Shown here: positions 52,060-64,000 of the stretch, piece by piece
Numbering within the stretch: the first letter of the stretch is position 1
Layout of the letters: each line of letters begins with the position of its first letter
Assembly: GCA_964016885.1 (NCBI GenBank)
Contig: OZ024745.1
Span: 34,596,001-34,660,000 of the forward strand
Length of the DNA stretch: 64,000 nucleotides
Source: Eledone cirrhosa
Taxonomy: Eukaryota
Direction of reading: 5' to 3'
Position numbers and translations under genes: made by a program
Notes under the pieces: generated by a model
Seen by the model: the letters and a program-made list of their open reading frames with translations, nothing else
What the model was told of the DNA's origin: nothing
Databases searched by the model: none

Positions 52060-52851
52060 TCTTCACGTTCAGAGTTCCAATCTCACGGATGTCAATTTTG
52101 CATTTCAACCTTACAGTGTCGAGAAATTAATGTACCACTGGTGTCAATTTAATCGACTGAGCTCTTCCCTTCAAATTGCTGGCCTTGTACCAAAACGTAG
52201 ATACAATCATTTTGAGGGCTTTGGGTAGGCAGGGTCATTAAAACGCCAGATAGAATGATTTGCAGTATTCATTCTTGTTGCTTGCGCTCTGAGTCCAAAT
52301 CCCGCCAATTTCATCCTTGCGAGGTTGATTAAAAGTTTCAGTAAAATACTTACGTCGATATATTCGACATTCTCCTCATCATGAATTGCTGGCCATGTAA
52401 TAATTCTAGAAAAAAAGTATTATTAGTAGTTATACTACTAATAATTGTTTCTTCTTTTGGCACAAGGCCAGCAATTACCCAGTGTATTATTGGTACTTTA
52501 TTTTATCGACCCCGTAAGGATGAAAGGCAAAGTTAACTTCGGCGGGATTTGAACTCAGATCATAAAAAGCCGTAACTCTATGCGTCAAAGCATGGCGTCC
52601 GAACTCTCTACCGATACTGCCAATCCACCACTAATAATACTTTCTATCTTTCACTAAGGGGGGTGGACGCTATGCTTTGCAGCAAAGAGTTACGCTATGC
52701 TTTGCAGCAAAGAGTTACGGCCCTTTATAGTCTGAGTTCAAAAATCACCGAGGTTAACTTTGCCTTTCATCCTTACGCGGTTGATAAAATAAAGTACCAG
52801 TAATACACTAGGATAATTGCTGGCCTTGTGCCAAAAGTATAAACAATTATT
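52060..52851. mobile_element. Family A SINE cluster including an inverted pair (52441-52631 minus, 52661-52851 plus)
   Basis: Near-identical family A sequences in opposite orientation, ~30 bp apart. Confidence 0.88.
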
Positions 52852-53944
52852 AGTAGTTGTACTGATGTCGTTTTTTAAAGTCAGACGCGTTTTGTCACAC
52901 TCTTACATATCGCTGATTTCTCAGGTGAAAAACTATCTAAGTAAAAACATTTTTTAAAGCAGAATCTTTAAATAAAGAAGTAGGAATTTAATTATTTGCA
53001 TAAATACTTCCCAGTTTGGAGTTAAAACACTTAGGTTAACGGAGACTTTTTCTTTTACTTTCCTACCACTCGTAAACATCAGCACTTAAAAACGCACTCA
53101 CCCTTCTTGCTAAAAAAAAAGGAAAAGAAAAGACTAATCAAAATAGAATGAACAAAAACAAATACGTTTTTACAAATAGGAGATATAGAAAAAGCCAACA
53201 AATTCAATTCCATTTCTCTGCAGAATACATTTATTTGGCAAGAACCATGTGATTTACTGAAAGAAAATAATTTTCAACAAGTTAAATTACTCCAGTAATG
53301 ATAACAATAAGTACAACAACACACAGACTCAAGTTCTATCAAGCGAGGGATGACATACATGAAGAGTGCTTTATAATTTTCTGTTTTGAAATATTCCTCA
53401 TATTAACTTTTATTTATATTTTTGTTTGTGTTGTTCTCGTTCGGATTTTGTTCAAATTTCTGTAGAACACAATTTGTCTTTTTTTTTTGTCAGTCACATT
53501 TAAAACATAAGTAGAATTTATATATTTTGAAATTATGTTAACTTAGTCTAAGCGGCTACAACGCAGATTTGGGTTTGAAATAGTCGAACAAGTTGGACAT
53601 ATGAACCCACAGAAACGGAATAAAGTCCATTTTTGTTTTCTAGGGGTTTATCAGTCCAACGTTTTTCGACTAGCAGCTTCAATAATCTAACATACTTTAG
53701 AAAATTCAAATTCGCCCAAAGCTTCAGAAAACGAATGTTCCTTTGTTTACAATTTATATAACATATATAATTTACAAACTAAACAAATCAATAAAGATTT
53801 CATGGGGTCCTGAACTGGCTGTCATATATAGGATGTGTATATGTCGTGTCTGGGACATTTAAACCAAGCAGAGCCCATACGCCTCCTGATCTGAACATAT
53901 CCAAAGTCAGAACAAGTGAGAAAGAGATAGAGAAAAGATCAACC

Positions 53945-56262
53945 TTAGTGCTATATTGGTACTTTATTCATCGACTTCTAAAGGATGAAAGCCAAAATTG
54001 ACCTCAGTGGAATTTGACCTCAGAGCGTAGACAACCACAATATCCAGTAATATTGGAGTGAGGGTAAAATCGATTAAGTCGACCCAATACTCAACAGGTA
54101 TTTTAGCGGCCCCGAAGAATGAAACAAATATCGCCTCGGGCGGGATTTCAACACAGAGTGTAAAGGATTATAAATAAATAATTATTTCTTTGTTAGCCAC
54201 TATATATAAATAATTGTTTCTACTTTTGGCACAAGGTCACAAGGCCAGCAATTATCCCAGTACATTACTGGTACTTTATTTTATCGACCCCGTAAGGATG
54301 AAAGGCAAAGTTAACCTCAGCGGGATTTGAACTCAGACCGTAAAGTGGCGTAACTATGCTAGCGTAACTCTTTGCTGCAAAGCATGGCGTCCGACCCTCT
54401 ACCGATACTGCCAATCTACTGCCAATCCAAAAATAATGCAAGGTATTTTATCCGACGCTCAAACGATTTTGTCAATCCGCAGTCTGTTATGTTATATATG
54501 TCCACACATATGCACACAGACACCTATTCATATCACATGTGTATATATATATAGAGAGAGAGGGGGAAGAAAGCGTAAAGATGTTGACATGTTTGTATAT
54601 ATTTATACACATATATATACACAGATGTGTGTGTGATGGAAACAAATAAACACACTTACTTATGTGTGTATGACTACTTGATTATAGTTGCATTTGTATG
54701 TGCCAGTGTAGTTTTTAGCCATTACTCAATAGTTTATAAACTAATTTAAATTATAAAGTTAATTAATTATTTAAACTCTTATTTCATGTAATACCAAATT
54801 ATAATTTTCTTTTCCTTTAATGTTTATAAAGATAATAATTGTTTCTACTTTAGGCACAAGGCCAGCAATTACCCAGTGCATTACTGGTACTTTATTTTAT
54901 CGACCCCGTAAGGATGAAAGGCGAAGTCAACCTCGGCGGGATTTGAACTCAGATCGTAAAGTGACGTAACTATGCTGGAAAGCATGGCGTCCGACCCGCT
55001 ACCGATACTGCCAATCCACCATAACGATAATAATAATTAATAATAATATTAAGTAGTCTTATTTTTATTGTGTACTGTCGTTATATTACCAGGCGTCACT
55101 CTGTGTGACTTGGGATAGGTGTTATTATTGTTTGTGGTATTATTGAGTGCCGAAGGACGATCCATTGGTACAATCGTTACATCGTGGCGAAAAAGTGCTG
55201 GTATTTGTTCTGGCTCTCTGCATTGAAATTCTGCTGAGTTCCACTTTGTCTTTAATCCTTCCGTAGCTGATAAAATAAAGTGCATGAATTATAAAACATT
55301 ATTATTGGAAGTATCGGTAGAGGGTCGGACGCCATGCTTTCTAGCATAGTTACGTCCCTTTACGGTCTGAGTTCAAATCCCACCGAGGTTGACTTCGCCT
55401 TTCATCCTTACGGGGTCGATAAAATAAAGTACCAGTAATACACTGGGTAATTGCTGGCCTTGTGCCAAAAGTAGAAACAATTATTAAGTGTTCTGGAACG
55501 AGAGAGTGAAGCATATAATGTCTTGCAGTATTTAGTTCTGTCCCTTTACGTTCACACTTCAAATCTTGTCGATTTTGACTTTTCAGCCTTCCTAGATTGA
55601 TAAAAGCACAAGTCGGGTATAGGTGTCGATTTCATCAACTAACCCTTCTCGAAATGTGATCTTATTCCTATGTTGAATATACTAATTCTAGCATAAGGAT
55701 GGTAATTTGGTGGAAGGTGAAAGTTGATAGTATCGACCTCAATACTTTAGTACTCTATCGACTCCAGAAGGATGAATAGCAAATTTGACATCGGTGGGAT
55801 TTGAATTCAGAACACAACCATTTCCACCGCCTTCGTGTTTGATACAATAAGTATTGTTATTAAATGCGTTTATTAGTTAAGGGACATAATGCTTTGATGT
55901 ATTTAGTCACACCTTTTTACATTTTAATTTGAGATTATGTCTTCTTCAAGTTCCCGATGAAATAAAATATCAGTCAAGTACTAGAGTCGTTTTAATTGAC
56001 TTTTCCCTCCAAACATTGCTTGTCTTTTACCTAAATTAGAAATCATTATGATGGATGTTGAATGGTAGTATCGGTAGAGCGTCAGACGTTTTGTCGCAAA
56101 TAGTTATGGCCTTTTACGTTATGAGTTCATATACCGCCGAGGTTTGCCTTTCATCCTTATGAGGTCGACAAAATAAAGTACCAGTAACACACTGGAGTCG
56201 ATTTAATCGCCTATCCTTTCCCCAAAAATTGTTGGCCTTGTGACTAAATCAGAAAGCATTAT
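53945..56262. mobile_element. Dense family A SINE cluster (young copies 54209-54420 minus, 54836-55021 minus, 55310-55485 plus, and older copies)
   Basis: Repeated central domain and tail in both orientations. Confidence 0.85.
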
Positions 56263-57044
56263 TATGAAGGGTGTTAGTGACTAGAATTGTTGGAGTGCCA
56301 CAAAAAATGCTCAAAAAGTTATGCCTCTTTAAGTTCAGAGTTCGATTTGTGTCAAATCAACTTTACCTTTTATTCACCTGTTGTCAAATATTGAAGTAGC
56401 GTAACTATACCTCTGCCCAACCGCTACTGTATCATGGCCATCGCCACAAATCATATTTCCAGTCACTGTTTAGAAATGTTTTATTAGTAAACATCTTTCT
56501 TTTTGTTTTATTTGATTTTTAATCTTTTTTAACCTCATTAGAAACAAAGCAAAACTAAACAATAAAATGCCTTAATCAATTTTCCAAATTTTAAGTCAAA
56601 CTTATCTAATTGAACATGGAGCATCAAAACAAGAGAAAGAGAAACAAACATAAATTTATTGAATATAAATGAATCAAATTAAATAATTATCTGCCGATTA
56701 TATCATCTCGCTCCCTCCGAACAACAATTTTGATTAAGTTTTATTAAATCAATATATTCTGTATCATTTTAGATTACAGTAAAATATATTTCTTTTGGGT
56801 ATTGCTTAATTACAAATAAATTGGCATTAGATACTACATTCTGCACATAGTATATATACAACACAAAATCTGACTATTGGTAAAGACTTGGGTGAATTTC
56901 ATCAGCTATAGGTAAAATGTAGGAATTGTATGAACAGGAAGTATATTCACCGGATACTATGTAGCTGCGGATGTATATTGAACACGATGTACTTTTATAT
57001 TAAAATACAAACAAATAAATTATGTATGTCTGTGAGAGTGTGTA

Positions 57045-57248
57045 TGTAAAAGGTAAACAGAAATATCAAAGCAAACGACACAGTACAATAAACAAATACG
57101 CTTGAAATAATAGGATAAGTATTGTAACGTTTCGGATACTAGTCCTTCATCAGAAGATAGAAATAAAAGAGAATATAGAAAGATAAAGCGTGAGAAGAGG
57201 AAGGAACCGAAACAAATTGAGAAAAGAACATACGTGGGTATTCAGTCA
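57045..57248 (-). mobile_element. Penelope-like element end with minimal hammerhead
   Basis: Minus strand CTGATGA-A-GGA-CTAGTA-TCC-GAAACGTT (57153-57126) with palindromic AACGTT. Homologous to 88-310. Stem I is imperfect. Confidence 0.72.
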
Positions 57249-57469
57249 TATATACATACCTACATACATACACCATTCACCCTTTCAAGTTCGATCAATT
57301 GCTGGGGCTGTTTTATTTTATACGACTTTCCCCTTGTCCCAAATTTGATCGGTTGTGGAAATAGCCAAACAGCTACTGCGTCTACAGCAGTTGTTTTTCA
57401 TATTGGAATCAATAAATATGCTAAAGAACGAAACCAAAATTTTAAACTATGTAAATATTCCTTTATATG

Positions 57470-57960
57470 ATACAACGAATGTACGGATGCTTTATCATTC
57501 TGGAAAAGTACAGCAGATAACTCATAAGATAGAAATATGCTTGCAAAATTATAGGATTTTCTGAAACAAGATGGTCAAAAGAAAATGGAGAATGTATGAC
57601 AAATGATTGGCATATGTTGTGATTTAACCGGGCGAAAAGAAAACTTGAAAAGATTGCAGATTTCATGGTGCATAAAATACGCTAAATCAGTAATGTATTG
57701 CACACAGATTTCTAGCAAATAATGTAAAACAAAAGTAGTAGCTACGCAATACGAAATCATATTCATTCAAATGTATGCTCCAGCTAGTTGTTACGATGAG
57801 GAAGATACATATGGCCAACCAAAGCAAATGAAATAACTGATTGCGAAAATAATACTGTGCGGTATATTACAACTGCAAAGTAGATAGTAGCGTGCTTAAA
57901 CTATTAAAAAGGGAACTTCTCTATCGCTTAAGAATTTACGCCAGCAATTAGGAAACTAAT
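57470..57960 (+). pseudogene. Decayed RTE-clade LINE AP-endonuclease domain
   Basis: Peptides TTNVRMLYHSGKVQQI (like TWNVRTL...GK), IIGFSETRW and IIFIQMYAPASCYDEE (like IIQVYAPT) in order, across frameshifts. Confidence 0.8.
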
Positions 57961-57991
57961 ACCAACTAAATCTTCTGGAACATATTTCTAA

Positions 57992-58064
57992 GAAAAGACA
58001 ATGCATATGATATCAAAGTACTTTCGAAAAGACAATGCATATGATATCAAAGTACTTTCGAAAA
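57992..58064. repeat. 34-bp perfect tandem duplication
   Basis: GAAAAGACAATGCATATGATATCAAAGTACTTTC occurs twice. Confidence 0.92.
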
Positions 58065-58235
58065 TAAGAATTTGGAATGATTTGAACTTTCTCGTTAATA
58101 AGATGAAGTTTAGAACAAAATTTCTGATATAGAAAATGAAACTATTACTATAACAAAAATATTGTTCTAATAATAGTAATTTCACTTGCAATTTGTAAAT
58201 GCATATTGCATATATATTATTTGTTTACTTTTCGA

Positions 58236-58289
<54 letters not shown>

Positions 58290-58296
58290 AAAAGGG

Positions 58297-58380
58297 ATGT
58301 TTGAAAATGCAACTGGAATCTTTTAAGAATATTTAATGACTTTACCGGTTTCACAGTTCTTTATGGTTATCAAAAGTAAA
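58297..58380 (-). mobile_element. PLE-like end with decayed hammerhead
   Basis: Minus strand ACTT-TTGATAA-CCATAAAGAACTGT-GAAA-CCGG-TA-AAGT. Stem I ACTT/AAGT is intact and the core is two substitutions from CTGATGA. Confidence 0.55.
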
Positions 58381-59442
58381 ATTGAGATGGGGGGTCAGAA
58401 AATGAGAGAAGAAAACGTTTTGCGGTGAGGTTACAGTTGATTACATCGTCACACTCTTTTAATTTCCTTAATTTCCCTGGTTCTTTTATTGATTCCGGTG
58501 TCATTTAGACTCATAACATAATATGACTCAAATACCATCATCGTCCTTGCTACCAACCCATCGCTGTTCTGCAACTCCACACCCTTTTCGCCAACACTTC
58601 GCCCTCACAAACCCTTAACATTGTTAACTAAGAAACATGATTAATGTTAATAATCTCCCCTTCCCTCCCCAGGCATAACTGTGATTCACCTGCCTAAAGC
58701 TGTCGATAATTATCTCTCTTGTTAGAAACAATCTCTCTTATCTATTTTCTGTCTATCTGAAATATATATTCCTATTGCAAATTCCAACTTATTGTTGTTT
58801 TCTCTTCAGTCTTTATCGGCCCAAAAGTAAAATACTCTGTATCAATCACATTTCTACATTTTCTCATGTCTTATTTAACCCGATGATATTCAGATTCGTT
58901 TGCATCTGGGGTTAAAAGGCTTCATTAGATTTATTCTGGTTCTCTATGCTCTGAATTTAAATCTCGCCGAAGTTACCTTTGTCTTTCATCCTTTCGATGT
59001 CGATAAATAATATGCTAGTCCAATGGATGAGTGGAATTGTTAAAGATTCGGACAAGATGCTTTGCAATATCTTATCTGAATCTGTATTCTGATTTCAAAT
59101 CTAGCCTCATTCTGCCGGAAGTTGCAACCGGTAGATAGAATTGAAAATGGAAAATCCGATGAAACCATTCTTTCTTTGATCCAATCTAAAAGTTGGCTGC
59201 TTTCCTAATTTTATTTCACATTTACTTCATTATGAAATTTCTATTTTATATTTTCTAGACTTACATTAATCAAATCATTAATTTGTTCATTACTATTAAC
59301 ATCATTTTCGTTGCTGTGTAATAGCAATTATCTTTGAAGTTATGTGTATGTCTGTGTGTGTATGAATTTTAAATATATTTTTTTTATTGTGGAATTGATG
59401 ATAAAATATGTATAACATCAACACTAGTATTATGTAAAGTGA

Positions 59443-59646
59443 GGGGAGTGGATTGGCTGACTCGTTAAAGCGTCGCATATATGCTCAGCAGCATTTGTTC
59501 TGGCTCTTTACTTACTGAGTTCAAATTCCGCTGACGTCAACTTTCCCTTTCGTCCTTCCGAGATTGATAAAATAAAATACTAGGTTTGACATAATCGACA
59601 TCCTCTTTCCCACAAAATTGCTGGCATTGAGCCAAAATTAGAAACC
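59443..59646 (+). mobile_element. Family A SINE (older)
   Basis: GAGTTCAAATTCC B-box, diverged central domain, tail AAATTGCTGGC...AAAATTAGAAAC. Confidence 0.75.
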
Positions 59647-60271
59647 AGTGTATATGAGAGAATAGTGTGTTAGTGACTGTAGTGATGAGGAGAAAGGTGA
59701 TACAATTGTAAATATAGACATATTTGACTGATTCTTAGTTTCGTTCGAGAACATGTACGAACCAAATAGAGAGATTTACAACAACAGTACACACATGCAC
59801 ATGTGTGTTTGTGTGGGGTCTTGTAATGTGAAAAAATGTCCATCTTTTAAATGTAAAATGTTACCATAAAACCCTAAACGTGCGAGCCTGGATGGAATAG
59901 AGAAAACAACTGGTGGTTCCTAATCCCTACAGCGTACATGAGTGATTTCTGCAGACACACAAGAATAATTGAACCAAGAAATTATAATACCAAGATAATA
60001 AATAAAACTATCGATCTACAATGCTGCTACTGCTTACACAAGTTGATCTGACACTAGAGTAGGTATTTCTTTATATGTATAACTTTCGCCGTCTTGAGAG
60101 CCCATAATATGAAGGCACTGCCTCTGTAAAGGGAAAAGGAAGAAGCGGTAAAGGTGGTCATGCTCGACAGCTTATGTATTGTGTAAAAAGAAATCAAAAG
60201 TTAGAACATTAAAGTATTCTGTACAAATCACATTATATAGGGAAATAATAAAGATTTGAAGATGTCCTTGT

Positions 60272-60312
<41 letters not shown>

Positions 60313-61504
60313 CATTTACAGTACACTACGTAAAAAAACCTAGTTCATGCAAAATAAACTATAGTCCTTTTGTTCTCTGATCTAAATATAGGTGGGTTTT
60401 CAGAAATAGTCATGATTAACTAATTACTTTACGCTCCAACTAAAGAAAAAATGGTTGTGTATGTGAGAATACATGTATTATGTATGGACGTATATATGTA
60501 TGTGTTTATTTTTCTACGAGGTATATCGGAGAAAGATGTCTACAAGGTTTACGACCTTCTGCTCATCGAAAAAAATTCTATCTGTTAATATTCGTTTTTG
60601 CTGCCAACACACACACACTGCTTTGTCGTTCACACTGTCATAAATAGATACATAGGCATAGGTAGGTAGATATGTTAGATAGGTAGATAGATAGACGTAT
60701 GTAGATACATATAGAGTGATACGTCAAAACCATAAAAAGAAAAAAAAAGACTACCCAAGGACAACACAATACAATAATAGTGTATTAGTATATAGTTATA
60801 TAAGCAGTTAAAAATCAGTTTCTTTTTATGTTTTGATCACTAATCCTTCGCCAGAATATAGATACAGACACAAAAGGGGGGTGTTTTAGAGGGAGAAGAA
60901 AACAAAACGAAGAATATAGAGATGAAAACATGTAATTGGAAAAACAGACGAATGACGAGTAGATAGAAAAATAGATATTGTATTAACCGTTTCGTTACCA
61001 TGTTTCTAATGAAAGACTACAATTTTTGAATAATATCAAGAATTTGGATACTCTTCTCATTGAGCTGGTTTCAGAATATAAAGCAGACCTACTAACCTCT
61101 AAAAGCCCAAACGGGGAGTACCATGAACAAAAGTGTCCCAAAATGGGGAGATTTTATATAATGAAATCTATACCTATTTTCACAAGAGAAAACATCGCTC
61201 ACCCACCCCAAGAGGGTGGAAGATCTCCCCGTCGTACGGGTATGCATAAAGCTTCTTACATAAAATTATAATGGTAGTTTTTAGATAAATATAAACATTT
61301 TAAAATTACAATTTTGTTTTATCACATTGTTAGTGAGATTATTTGGAGTAAGAACCACAGAACTTACTCTACATTAATTAAGCCATTGTAATGTAATGTA
61401 ACTGTGTAATTTCTCCCTATGAATGAGATATTTAATACTCTATAAATGACTATATCTATCTGATACATTCCATTATCGCAAGATTCCTATAGCTGAATGC
61501 TCTT

Positions 61505-61586
<82 letters not shown>

Positions 61587-63067
61587 TTAGGCATACATAC
61601 TTACTTATCTCTATCTGTCTAGATAAATAGATATGTAGGTGTAGGAACATAGATTGTCATATTGATAGATTATGCAAGTAGATAGATAGATAGGCCTATA
61701 CAGAAGCACTTTAAGAATGCTTTAGAACCTTAATGTTTGAGATTTTATGAAGAGAATAACTTTATATTGTATTTTTATTCTGTTCTTTTGTTTTTCCTGT
61801 ACTTTAAATTAAATGGTTTTCTAGACAAGCTTTCTTTGCTTCGATTTCATAAATATAAAGATAGGATATAGTAGTAGAATGCATATACAATATTTGGTAT
61901 CCTTTCTCTCTCCTGAGACTTTACTGATTCTGGATTTGATGATGCTACTAAGATATCAGCTATTCTTTTATTCCTGTGGCATTGTTGCATTGAGCAAAAT
62001 GCATTTGTGTATTTTCAGCTTTTCCATATTTACATTTTTTTGGTTAGTGCCCAGAGGATAAAGTAGGATCTGGAAAGGCTTCTTACATGAGCTATTTATA
62101 ATGGGATTATTATCTTTATTATAAGAATTTTCTCAACTCCTTTCCTGCTTTTATTGTTTTTACTTTGTATTTATGGTTTTCTTCATTTTTCATATGTAAG
62201 TGATTAAGGATGTATATTCCCAGATCCTATAGCAATTCTCTTTGTTCAATATGATTACCTGCTAGGTCTTTATAATTATCTATACTTTGGGGCTTAGTGA
62301 AGCTTACTGTCATACATTACAATTTCCTTCTGAATTTCAATATATTCCATTTGACCATGTGATTAGAAAGAATATTGTTCTCTAAAATATAGAATTATAT
62401 ATGAAATTGCTGTTTATACATTTTACACTGTTTACTGCAATTTTCTTGAAAACAAATATCCCTCATCACTGGTTTATTTTTCTTTCTGGTTTTTACTTCA
62501 TTGTATTAAGAACATGGTGGCTTTATAAAGATTCTTCATTTTATAAACACTTCTCAGCAAAAGATCTAGGATCAAACCTATTTTGTTTTTGCATTAAGTT
62601 CACCACAAGAGGTGGCTAATTGGCAGAATTACAGGGAAAATGAAAATTAAAATTATAGCATCCCCCTACGTAGGTTTCATCTTGTAGGTGATTTAATGAT
62701 AGTAGCCCAGCATTTGATGAAAAGCAATGTGAAATGAAGTGTCTTTCTGAAGAACTCAATGCACCAACTGGTCCAGGTACAGAACCCACAACTTTATGAT
62801 TGTGAGTGCATTCTTAATTCAGATCCCACCTTCTGTCATCAGAAAAAGAGGATGCTTCTGCCAGGAAGTGCAACTGGAAGATAGTATTACCAATGGCCAC
62901 ATAGTTTCCTTAGTCTAATATGACAATTGATTTCTGCCCTTGCATTTCCCTCCATTGCAATAATCTTTGTTATTTGGTTTTTACACCGATTTATGATAAT
63001 AAAAAAAATGAATGTCAAAGTGAAAATTCTTAATATAATGTCATTTGCTATTTACAATTTAAATTCA

Positions 63068-63326
63068 TTAACCCTTTCATTACCATATTTATAATGAAAG
63101 ACATTTCTTGTGATTTTGAAATAATTGTGAAAATATTAAAGGATTTGAGAGGTTTTAGTAATATAACTAATTTTCTCATTATTAAGCTGATGTGTGGAAC
63201 ACATCAAATATTCTTAAATACAATTATAATGGGAGGCATTTAGATAAATATAAACACTTTAAAGCAAACAGTTTCATATCTTGAAACCAAGTTCAGTTTG
63301 GGGTAGGTTGGTATCAAAATGGTAAA
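63068..63326. mobile_element. piggyBac-like MITE
   Basis: TTAACCCTTTCATTACC ... GGTATCAAAATGGTAAA. Inverted relative to 43478-43714. Confidence 0.55.
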
Positions 63327-64000
63327 TTTTCACGCTCACCATTTACAAAGAATTATATCAATAGCCAAACTAGAATAGAACCTATATATACAGAGACAGA
63401 GATTAAACAGCTACATATACATGAATTACAAATATTACAATATTGGCTGTCACATAGTCGTTAGTACACATAGAAGGGAAGCAAAGCATGACATAACTTA
63501 CTCTTTTTCACCACTTCTATTGACACTAGATGCAGTATGAAGGAGTGATTAACAAGTTTGCTTCACAATTATGAGGTTCTTGGTTTTATCTCATTCCATG
63601 ACATCTTGGGCATGTGTCGTTTACAAAAGCCTCAAGTTGACCCTCAACCTTGTGAGTAAAATTGGGTAGGTAAACATTGAATGAAAGCCAGTTGGATGAA
63701 CTATATCTGTAACACAAGAAGACCAGTCCTGTTGCATAATGTGTTTGACTGCAGCACCATAATCATCATCATTTAATGTCTATTTTCTCTGCCTACTTAG
63801 GTTAGACAGGCTGTCATGTTATGAGGCTAGATAAGTCAGGTGACCACATTTTGATCATACAGTCCATTATTGGCATGGTTTTCTATAGTTATATGTCTTT
63901 CCTAATGTCAACCACATTACAGCATGCACTGGAGGCTTTTCTGTTGCACCAATACAACCACCTTGCAGAGTTGATCTGAGAATTATGTTAAAAGTCCACA

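Noticed and set aside
61750-62560. Additional LINE relic on the minus strand
   Set aside because: Composition is suggestive, but I could not read a diagnostic RT or endonuclease motif.

Overview
AT-rich, microsatellite-saturated eukaryotic non-coding DNA with no supportable host protein-coding exon. The repeat content (tRNA-derived SINE styles, dense (TA)n/(CA)n/(TACA)n tracts) resembles a coleoid cephalopod such as Octopus; that is inference only. Nearly all listed ORFs are microsatellite artefacts. Real content: (1) many Penelope-like element (PLE) ends carrying type I hammerhead ribozymes (HHRs) from at least five sequence families, usually next to (TA)n tracts. One still has a GIY-YIG endonuclease C-terminus (40289-41196). 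(2) A cluster at about 27.9-31.9 kb of short palindromic non-coding elements, two of which carry a well-formed HHR on each strand, and two of which turn around exactly at HHR stem II. (3) A ~570-610 bp non-autonomous retroelement in three young copies. (4) Modular SINEs, including close inverted pairs. (5) Decayed RTE-like and R4-like LINE relics. (6) mariner-, hAT-, piggyBac- and Helentron-type MITEs. (7) An 18-bp minisatellite of ~1.35 kb. The best lead is the palindromic twin-hammerhead mini-elements and the fold-back/template-jump mechanism visible at their junctions. Structures were folded and aligned by eye, and repeat boundaries are approximate.
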